The notes under the pieces: model-generated
The model's input: only the letters and a program-made list of their open reading frames with translations
Database searches by the model: none
Told to the model about the DNA's origin: nothing
Source of the DNA: a virus
Taxonomy: Duplodnaviria; Caudoviricetes
DNA length: 64,000 nucleotides
Direction: 5' to 3' (one strand)
Virus record (IMG/VR): IMGVR_UViG_3300021387_000688
Shown: piece by piece, positions 29,584 to 37,766 of the stretch
How the letters are laid out: each line of letters starts with the position of its first letter
Position numbering within the stretch: the stretch's first letter is position 1
Translations under genes and position numbers: made by a program

Positions 29584-31023
29584 ATGGCTTACGAAAGTGA
29601 AAATCAGTATGCAATGGATTGTATAGCTGCCAGTGTAGGTACAGCTTTAAGTGAAGATTTTTATACGAGGGATTATGATATCTTAATTGGATATGAAAAA
29701 CCTTTTCAAAGGATTTGTTCTTCTTTTATAGACTTTGTAAAAACTATTAGTTTTGAAAATGTTCTTAAATACGGTACTATCGAAAACTTTACAGAAACCT
29801 ATACAAACAAAAAAGGTGCAGCTATTTCTGAAGATGAACAATCTATCATAGATATAATTTACGAACAGATTAATTACAACAAAACTAATAACAACGGGGG
29901 TTTGAAAGAACCTAACAATCTTTGGAAAAAGTTAGGAGAAGCTAGACGCAAAATCAATCTTTATAAATCTACAGAAGAGTTGACCAAGAGCGGAACTTAT
30001 TCTACTAACCCTGTTACATGGTCGGATTCTTATTATGAAGAATTACAGAAGAGTATGGCAGATGCTTCTATTTCAAACGTAGAAACAGAAGAACAATTAT
30101 TGATGGCGGAAGACTTAGTTTCTTATTATAAAGAAACTTTGGATAAACGTGAACAAGGCTCTCATTATTCTTGGCATAATCAAATCTTTGATGAACTTAT
30201 TGAAGAAGGTCCAACTCCAGGTCATGGGGGAATTATCGGTGGTTCTACAGGTATGGGTAAATCAACTTTATGTCTTAACGTAATAGATGATTTAATCAAT
30301 GCAGATGTTCCAACTATTTACTTCCCTATAGAAATGGGGGTAGAAAATACAATGGACCGTTTAGCTTCAAAACGAACTCATATTCCATTTAAGGAAATTA
30401 CAAAGCTTGGTAGAAGTGATACTATCAAAGATGCAAGAGCAATTATTGATCACGAAATAGATGGTTTGTTAGCCCATAGTAATTTTGCTATTGTTAGAGA
30501 CCCTTGCATTACAATGCCTAAATTGAGATCTTATGTAAAGAGATTCCAATCTAAATTACCAGGCAATAAATACTGTATTGTATTTATAGACTTGTTGTTA
30601 ATGATTTCTGAGTTTTATGATGGCGGAGAAGGTTCAATGGCACAGATGATTGAAAAGGCCGTTAACAAACTTGATATTCTTGCAAAGGAATTGGGTTTCC
30701 ACTGGGTAGGAGTTGTACAGTTGAATAGATCTGTAGAAACAGATAAAGTTCAGTCAATGCAGTCTATTGATAAATTAAAACCAACTCGTTCAGCTATTAA
30801 AAACTCTTCAGCTTTGTTGGAACGTGCACGATGGGCTATTACTATTTTCAGAAAGAAGTATTTCGCGGATTTATATTTACCAGAAGATGAAGCTGCAACT
30901 ATTGAAGATATTGCAGAAATACAATTGATGAAAGCTAATGATGAAGCATTAGGAAGAAGATATGCAATCTTTGATGGACCTACATTTACTATAACTCCAA
31001 TGCAGGATGAGAGAGTAGCATAA
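29584..31023 (+). CDS. dnaB: replicative DNA helicase (DnaB family)
   Basis: IIGGSTGMGKST, PIEM, IVFIDLL, LAKELG...VQLNR. Confidence 0.9.
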   Translation: MAYESENQYAMDCIAASVGTALSEDFYTRDYDILIGYEKPFQRICSSFIDFVKTISFENVLKYGTIENFTETYTNKKGAAISEDEQSIIDIIYEQINYNKTNNNGGLKEPNNLWKKLGEARRKINLYKSTEELTKSGTYSTNPVTWSDSYYEELQKSMADASISNVETEEQLLMAEDLVSYYKETLDKREQGSHYSWHNQIFDELIEEGPTPGHGGIIGGSTGMGKSTLCLNVIDDLINADVPTIYFPIEMGVENTMDRLASKRTHIPFKEITKLGRSDTIKDARAIIDHEIDGLLAHSNFAIVRDPCITMPKLRSYVKRFQSKLPGNKYCIVFIDLLLMISEFYDGGEGSMAQMIEKAVNKLDILAKELGFHWVGVVQLNRSVETDKVQSMQSIDKLKPTRSAIKNSSALLERARWAITIFRKKYFADLYLPEDEAATIEDIAEIQLMKANDEALGRRYAIFDGPTFTITPMQDERVA

Positions 31024-31027
31024 AAAA

Positions 31028-31056
31028 TAAAAGGCTGACAATTAAGTCAGCCTTTC
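31028..31056. terminator. bidirectional terminator
   Basis: AAAAGGCTGAC-AATTAA-GTCAGCCTTT. Confidence 0.85.
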
Positions 31057-31059
31057 TTT

Positions 31060-31242
31060 TTAGCCCTGTAAATGTTGAAGGGTTTTGTATTGATTACTTG
31101 TACCTTCAACCAACTTAATTCTCTGACCAGGCTTGTTCTGAGCTTCGCGCAACTCCATTTGGGTAACAGGTTTACCATCTAATAAGATTTCCTGCACATT
31201 TGGGGCTGTATTTGCGTTTTCATTGTTTACTACTTCACTCAT
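31060..31242 (-). CDS. small hypothetical protein
   Basis: 60 aa, SD AAGGAG. Confidence 0.7.
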   Translation of the reverse strand: MSEVVNNENANTAPNVQEILLDGKPVTQMELREAQNKPGQRIKLVEGTSNQYKTLQHLQG

Positions 31243-31305
31243 AAGTTTTTCTCCTTATATACTTAAATAAGTGGCAAACCCGTAACTTTTACTATAATAA
31301 TTATT

Positions 31306-33183
31306 ATGATAACATTGGGATTTGAAAAAGGTAACATAGTAGCAGGAATAGTTAACACTAAAGATGAAAGTGATTTCAAAATGTGCTGCTCTATATTAAA
31401 AAATCAAAAGTTTAGATGGAACCCTGATAGAAGGCAATGGGAAAAATCCGCTCTTCTTTACAATAACGATTTATATGATGTATTAAAAATTATTACAGAG
31501 GTTTATTTTCCGGATATTGTCAAACAGCAAATAGAAAATTATCCAAATACTTTACCTACGGAATATGAAGAATATGCCCCTATCGAAAAACTAGATTATA
31601 CCAAATATGTAAAGTTCCCTCCTATCAAAGGTAAACACCCTTATGAAACATTCCAGGATGAAGATATTAGAAAAGCGTTAAGTAGAAATAGAATGCTTTT
31701 CAATTGGTCAATGGGTTGTGGTAAATCTTATGCCACTTCTGTTATTTACGAATACCTAAGAGTAGAAAGAAGTGTACCTAAAATGATTTTGTTAACTACA
31801 AGAGTGGGTACATTAAACTTAAGAAAAGAGTTGTGCAAGTTCTGTAAATCTTTAAAGTTGGAAGATGTTGCAGTTTTCAATTCTCCAAAATCTTTTAAGA
31901 GACAAGCCGGTGGAAGAAAAATATTTGACTCTGTAGAAATATGTGAAAAGAAAGTTTTAGTATTTTCTTACGATAGCTGGAAGTTGATGGCTTCTGCTTA
32001 TGGAGATAAAAAGCAAGGTAGAAAAACAAATATACCTTTAGAAATGTTTACCCATGGCTATGAATGTTTATTGTGTTTGGATGAATGCCATCAATTGTCA
32101 AATCCAAAATCCGAACGTTCAAAATCTTTATTCAAATATTTGAACATGTTTAAGTACAGGTATTTATTTTCTGCCACCCCAGCTGACAAGCCAGAAAAAT
32201 TGTACGCGCTTTGTAGAATACTTGATCCTAACTTAGTAGGGTTTATGAAGTACGATGATTGGATTCATAAATACAACGACGTAGGTACATTTTTCTCAAA
32301 ATATGCTATTAACAAAAAGAAATGGCATATGGATGAAATTGAGAAGTTAAATAAACGTTTGGAAAAATTCTCTGCCAAACGTGAAGCCAAAGATGTATTG
32401 GATTTACCACCTTGTAGAGAAAAAACATTCTATATCGGAATGGGAGAAAAACAACAAGCCCTTTATAAAATTGTAGTTAATGATATTGTTAATGAATGTA
32501 TTAGGCGTCACCCAGATATGGCTTCAACTACAGTAGACGTTATTAAAGAAGCATTTTCTACAGTAATGTCATTTACAGAAAACCCTAATGTATTAGGTGC
32601 AAGTTCAAGTACTTTTGTTTCAGATGAAGTAAAAGAGAAATGTAAAAAGTATAATTATAATGCAGATTATGAAAAGCTTGATGCAGTAGATGCTATTATT
32701 GAAGATGAGATTGAAAGAGACAATAGAGGTATTCTTTGGTACATCCACCCTCTTACAAAAGATGTCTTAAAAGAAAAATATGTCAACTTAAATCCTATCA
32801 TAATTTCAGCTGAGATGAATGCAGATGAAAGAGACGAATTGTTGGAAGAATTTATAAGAAATAAAGCCCATAAAATATTAATTGCATCCCAAAATATTTT
32901 AGCAACTTCTGTAACAATTACAGAAGCCTCTTATGCAATTTACTTGGAAACATCTTTCTCTTATGAAACTTATTTACAATCAACTGGACGTATTTACCGT
33001 ATTGGACAGAAGAAGGATGTAAGAATTTATCACATTTATTATGAAAATTCTGTAGACGTATTCCACGAGATTGCTTTAGGAAAGAAAGCAGATTTGTCTT
33101 CAATGTTATTTGCTAGTGAAAAGAAACCAGTATTCTCTTTACAAGAAATGAAGCAAATGTTTGAAGGACAATTAACCGCTTAG
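31306..33183 (+). CDS. SNF2-family helicase/ATPase
   Basis: SMGCGKS, LDECH, SATP, YLQSTGRIYRIGQ. Confidence 0.9.
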   Translation: MITLGFEKGNIVAGIVNTKDESDFKMCCSILKNQKFRWNPDRRQWEKSALLYNNDLYDVLKIITEVYFPDIVKQQIENYPNTLPTEYEEYAPIEKLDYTKYVKFPPIKGKHPYETFQDEDIRKALSRNRMLFNWSMGCGKSYATSVIYEYLRVERSVPKMILLTTRVGTLNLRKELCKFCKSLKLEDVAVFNSPKSFKRQAGGRKIFDSVEICEKKVLVFSYDSWKLMASAYGDKKQGRKTNIPLEMFTHGYECLLCLDECHQLSNPKSERSKSLFKYLNMFKYRYLFSATPADKPEKLYALCRILDPNLVGFMKYDDWIHKYNDVGTFFSKYAINKKKWHMDEIEKLNKRLEKFSAKREAKDVLDLPPCREKTFYIGMGEKQQALYKIVVNDIVNECIRRHPDMASTTVDVIKEAFSTVMSFTENPNVLGASSSTFVSDEVKEKCKKYNYNADYEKLDAVDAIIEDEIERDNRGILWYIHPLTKDVLKEKYVNLNPIIISAEMNADERDELLEEFIRNKAHKILIASQNILATSVTITEASYAIYLETSFSYETYLQSTGRIYRIGQKKDVRIYHIYYENSVDVFHEIALGKKADLSSMLFASEKKPVFSLQEMKQMFEGQLTA

Positions 33184-35348
33184 TCATTTGTATAGCCGTA
33201 GAGATTATCCATAACTTGTTTACCCCAGCTAGATTCATCATAACTCCATGGCATTTTTGTATTAGATGCTTCTCCAAATTCTTTTAAAGAATCACTAGGA
33301 GAAGCATTTCTGTATTTCATTTCCATTTTAGTCCAACTAAAACCTACTTTGATTTTTAACAAACTTGCAGAGTCTGAAGAGGCCTTAAAACTAAAACGAG
33401 GGGTTGCTTTATATATTCTAAAGTTTTCAAATACGAAATAAGGGGTTTTCATATAAGAATAAAAATCAGGCTTTCCCAAGAATCTACCCACCGTAAAATC
33501 TTTACCGAAAGGTTCATTATGTTCTCTTTGAATATAAGATCCTGGAATAATCTCCAACACTGCATAAGTTTCTAATTCTCCTAAATCTCTTTCCATATCC
33601 TCTGTAGGCTCGAGTTGCCATGCCGTGCCTTTAGTATTTCTTTTATGCGCTTTTGCAACTTCTAACATTTTATCATGTATATTACTGATATTAAAAATTT
33701 CGTTTTGAATGAATTTACCAACTTCACATTCTTTCTCTACCCCTGCTTCATTTCCACTTATAAAATTACAACTCCTGCCTTCATCTACACCTATTCCTAA
33801 GTAATCAAATAAATAACTTAAAGAATTTAATTTCTTATCGCATAAAATTGTACCATCTGCATAATTCTTAACAGTTACGTTATCTTTAGGTTGTAATTGT
33901 AAAAGGTTAAAACCATATCTAGTGCTTTCAGATTTTTTAGAAAAATCTGGTAAAGTTATATCTTGCAATCTAAAGTTATATACTTTATATGAAGTAATCT
34001 TGCCTTCATTTACTGCAGATTTTTTATAAGTCCATAATAAAAACTGAGAGGAAGAAAGTAAAGGATCGTCATTTAACAACTTGAAGAAAGCTTCAGATTC
34101 ATCTTTAAGACCTAATTGCTTATTAAACAAAACCCTTAAAGTAGAATTGATTTTTTCCATATCTGGTAAATCCGGATAAGCATAAGTATTTATTTTAAAT
34201 GATCTTTGTCCTTTATCCGGGCCGGCTGGGATATATGCACTAACATCTCTTGAATTTATAAGAGGATTATTTCCTTTTCCAATTCTTTCAGGGGTCCATA
34301 AATGACCCTTTTTATAAAGTTCGATCTTTCCACCATCTGTACATAAAGAAGCCATTACAGAAGAAGGCTCTTTATTTTTATCTAAAGGGTTAATTTTCCA
34401 GCCTCTAGGAATTCCATTTCCTCCTTTTCCTAAAAGACTGTTTATAGTATTACTTAAATAATCATTTGCTAAATCTACTAAACCCCCGGTAAAATCATTA
34501 AGAGCTTTAACCCAGAAATTATCTTCACCATCTTTACCTGTCCAAAAGTTTTCTACAAACCAATTCCCAAATTTCTCCCATTCATTGCCTAAAGATTTTT
34601 GCTGTTCCCACAACTCTCTATATTTTTCTTTAGCTTTATTTTCATATTCTTTTTTAAATTTTTCCCAAGCTTCGTTATACTCTTCAGAACCTTCTACATA
34701 ATCGTATTTAGATTTGAATATTTTCTTTAATTTAGATTCATTGTTTTTTATCCAGTTGTCTACATAATCTGATTCAGAAGTCAATAGTAAATTATAATTA
34801 ACGGATTGTTCTATCTTCGGAAGAGGAGTAAGCATATCAGAAGCATCTAAACCTCCAAATTGTTTAGTACCTCCCTTTCCATTAATATTTAAGAAATTGT
34901 AAAAATAATCATATACAAGGTCCCCGCCTGTTACTTTTTCAGCTGCTATTGGTTTTCCAGTCCAAGGATCTTTTATGTTAGACTCTTTCCAAGTATCTTC
35001 TAACCCTTTACTATTTTCCCCTAAGGCTATCATATTGAAAGGTACTATGGTTGTGGATTTACCTAAATCTAAGTTTCCCAATTCCTCAATGCCGAAATTA
35101 TTAGCAAATGCACTGTTTCCGTCTTTAGCAATAATAGGTTGGGTATTTTGGGGCATGTAATCATCTATTTGATCAAAATCAGAAGCCTCTAGAGGTGCGT
35201 AATTGATTATACCGTCAAACTCAGGAGCAACGGGAAGTACATAATTACCTACATCGTCAAGATCAGGAGATTGTGCAATTGGTAGGTAATTACCTAGAGA
35301 CTCTAAATCAGGTGCACTCAATTGAAATAATTTTATTTCTTCTTCCAT
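33180..35348 (-). CDS. putative baseplate/tail-tube-initiator-like virion protein with N-terminal tandem repeats
   Basis: four ~14-15 aa PD(L/F)xx(L/V/I)xNY repeats; C-terminal LQDITLP...FENFRI...IKVGFSW tube-fold-like pattern; late motif upstream. Confidence 0.4.
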   Translation of the reverse strand: MEEEIKLFQLSAPDLESLGNYLPIAQSPDLDDVGNYVLPVAPEFDGIINYAPLEASDFDQIDDYMPQNTQPIIAKDGNSAFANNFGIEELGNLDLGKSTTIVPFNMIALGENSKGLEDTWKESNIKDPWTGKPIAAEKVTGGDLVYDYFYNFLNINGKGGTKQFGGLDASDMLTPLPKIEQSVNYNLLLTSESDYVDNWIKNNESKLKKIFKSKYDYVEGSEEYNEAWEKFKKEYENKAKEKYRELWEQQKSLGNEWEKFGNWFVENFWTGKDGEDNFWVKALNDFTGGLVDLANDYLSNTINSLLGKGGNGIPRGWKINPLDKNKEPSSVMASLCTDGGKIELYKKGHLWTPERIGKGNNPLINSRDVSAYIPAGPDKGQRSFKINTYAYPDLPDMEKINSTLRVLFNKQLGLKDESEAFFKLLNDDPLLSSSQFLLWTYKKSAVNEGKITSYKVYNFRLQDITLPDFSKKSESTRYGFNLLQLQPKDNVTVKNYADGTILCDKKLNSLSYLFDYLGIGVDEGRSCNFISGNEAGVEKECEVGKFIQNEIFNISNIHDKMLEVAKAHKRNTKGTAWQLEPTEDMERDLGELETYAVLEIIPGSYIQREHNEPFGKDFTVGRFLGKPDFYSYMKTPYFVFENFRIYKATPRFSFKASSDSASLLKIKVGFSWTKMEMKYRNASPSDSLKEFGEASNTKMPWSYDESSWGKQVMDNLYGYTND

Positions 35349-35590
35349 TAACTTACCTTCCTAACATCTTTGTAATAAGCAACTACCATAACCCCGTTTA
35401 CTTTTTTAAGTAAAAACCCAACGGGGGTAAAAGAAGATTCTATAGTTAAAACATCTGTAGAATTGACATTACAGGGACATCTTATATAAGACATTCCTGC
35501 TCTTTTTGCTTTTTCATATAAATTAAGAGATGCGGTTGTAGCCTTTATTAAAACTACTTTATCTCCTATAGAAAATCTTGGACTACTCAT
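35348..35590 (-). CDS. small hypothetical protein (KOW/SH3-like FSIGDKV)
   Basis: Start refined to ATG 35590, 6 nt after CTAATTG. Confidence 0.6.
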   Translation of the reverse strand: MSSPRFSIGDKVVLIKATTASLNLYEKAKRAGMSYIRCPCNVNSTDVLTIESSFTPVGFLLKKVNGVMVVAYYKDVRKVS

Positions 35591-35668
35591 ACATTTCAAT
35601 TAGTTGAAATACCTATATGGGAAACAAAACACTAAATAATCTAATAAAGATATAAGGAGAAATTTCCC

Positions 35669-37738
35669 ATGAGATTACCTGCAAAGGCAAAAATAGAAGA
35701 AGCCAGAATGAATAAACATATGACCCATTTTGAGTCATTAGTAATGTTAGGACCAGATGGTTTAGCTGAATTAAATAATAAGATAGAGTCCTTCGAAGCT
35801 CAATTGTATGGAGAGGATAGAGGCTTAAATAATACTACCAAAATAGATGGTAGCCCAGCAGTATTTGTTTGGAGTAAGTTTCCAGGTTATCCAGACAATT
35901 CTATCTGTTTGAAATCTTTCATTGATAATGCTAACAATTGCATGACTTCTTTGGATGAGATTTTTGAAAAATACCATGATCGCCCAGATATGTGCAAGAA
36001 GTTGGAAAACGCATTGATGTTGGCAAAGTATATCCCTGAAGGGGAATGCTGGCAAGGAGATTGTTTATTTACTCACGATACTTTGAAAGAGCAAACCATC
36101 GATGGAATTGAATATGTAACCTTCCAGCCTAATAAAATTGTATACGCCATTCCTCAAACTTCTCCTTCTTATGAAACTATAAAAGATGCAGAGTTTGGTA
36201 TTGCATTCCATACAATTTATAAAGACGATGGCAATGGTGGAAAGAAGCAATCATTTAGAGTAGACTTGGAAAGAATACAAGCCCCTAAATGTTTCTACTT
36301 AATGTCGGTTGCATTAAATCTTGATAATAGTAAAGATCCATTCCACATGAATGAGGTTCATAATTTATATACTCGTTTGCAAAGCGTAGAAGCTAAGTTG
36401 AATGCAAATCCAGCCTATGCAGATTTAACAGATAACCAAGCATTTATGGGCTTCTGGAATACTTTTGAAAATAAGAAAATTGCAGATGAAAGAAATGTAA
36501 CATTAAACGAAGATACTGTAATTGAAGAATTGTGGGATTATATTGAAGCTAAACAAACTGCAGAGTTTACAAATAAATTGCAAAACCTCAAAACTGTTAA
36601 AGGTAAGTTAGGAGCAATTGATAAGTGGGTAGACGCTGTAGCAGAAATGAAAGCTTTACTTACAAATAATAACCAGTTGATTGTTTATATGGTACAGGCT
36701 TTCAACTTGGCAGCTCAGATTAAAATGCACTACTGGGAAGGTTTCAAATCTGCTTATAAATCAGATTACGACCAGTATTACTTGTCTAGAACGAAAGGAT
36801 ATATTCCAGCAGATATGGAAGGTATTGCAATGTCAGATTCTGAAGGCAACGTTGTAAAGGTTGTAGATAGAACTACATTCTCTTCTTATAACAGAGACCC
36901 AGATATTATGGCAGGTTGGGAACATCCAGAAGATAAATTAAAAGAGGATATGTCTTCTGAAGATGCTGCAAATGCTGCAGGTGAATATTATAAAAGAACA
37001 AGGGGGTTACCTTACGACAGTACACCATTTTGGGTAAAACAAGGTAGACGTACAGGTAGTTTATATGACTACGATCCTGAAAAAGAAAAAGAAGAAATTG
37101 CCAAAATGAATGTTTGGCTTAAGACACAGAATAAGGCAGATAGAAAAGCGAAGTTTCAAAAGATAAAAGATACAATCTTTGGAGATCCTTCAGATACTTT
37201 AGGTTGCGGTTACGACGATTTAACAGAAAGTAAATTAAAGGAAAGTTATTATTCATCAAGTTGGAGTGTAGAGGATACAGAAACCGCCCTTGAAATGATA
37301 AGAGAGTTTGCTGAAAAACACCATACTGTAATTAAAACAAGCCGTACAAAAAATAACGAAGCAATTGTATTCATTGATGGCTCTGACTTCCATTGTACAA
37401 TTGTTTTAGGTGATTGTGTTAACTTGCAAGAAAATATAAATTATTCATATCATATTTTTATAAGCGGTGCAAAACTTTCAAGTAGAAACGATTGGTGGGG
37501 CTTCACAATTAAAGAGTTTGAAGAAGACTTTGAAGCATTTGATTCTGTATATCATTTCGCTGAAACAGGTTTAAGAGAAAATGTACCTACCGGTTGGATT
37601 GCACGTAGAGTTATGCACGGAGGAACTAAAACAGGTGGAAGAGATGAATTGGTAAAATGCGATGTATGTGGAGAAAAAACAGATCATCCTCATTTTGTCA
37701 ATGGACGCTTCTACTGCGATGCATGTTGGGAACAATAA
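35669..37738 (+). CDS. DUF6267-like ATP-dependent ligase-fold (nucleotidyltransferase) protein with C-terminal add-on modules
   Basis: NKHMTHFE, motif I TTKIDGSPA, WQGDCLF, FQPNKIVY, GIAFHT, motif IV/V EGIAM...VKVVDR..FS; terminal CxxC...CxxC; ACTAAATA at 35631. Confidence 0.75.
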   Translation: MRLPAKAKIEEARMNKHMTHFESLVMLGPDGLAELNNKIESFEAQLYGEDRGLNNTTKIDGSPAVFVWSKFPGYPDNSICLKSFIDNANNCMTSLDEIFEKYHDRPDMCKKLENALMLAKYIPEGECWQGDCLFTHDTLKEQTIDGIEYVTFQPNKIVYAIPQTSPSYETIKDAEFGIAFHTIYKDDGNGGKKQSFRVDLERIQAPKCFYLMSVALNLDNSKDPFHMNEVHNLYTRLQSVEAKLNANPAYADLTDNQAFMGFWNTFENKKIADERNVTLNEDTVIEELWDYIEAKQTAEFTNKLQNLKTVKGKLGAIDKWVDAVAEMKALLTNNNQLIVYMVQAFNLAAQIKMHYWEGFKSAYKSDYDQYYLSRTKGYIPADMEGIAMSDSEGNVVKVVDRTTFSSYNRDPDIMAGWEHPEDKLKEDMSSEDAANAAGEYYKRTRGLPYDSTPFWVKQGRRTGSLYDYDPEKEKEEIAKMNVWLKTQNKADRKAKFQKIKDTIFGDPSDTLGCGYDDLTESKLKESYYSSSWSVEDTETALEMIREFAEKHHTVIKTSRTKNNEAIVFIDGSDFHCTIVLGDCVNLQENINYSYHIFISGAKLSSRNDWWGFTIKEFEEDFEAFDSVYHFAETGLRENVPTGWIARRVMHGGTKTGGRDELVKCDVCGEKTDHPHFVNGRFYCDACWEQ

Positions 37739-37766
37739 TAGTTCTATAATATAAAAGAGGATTATC

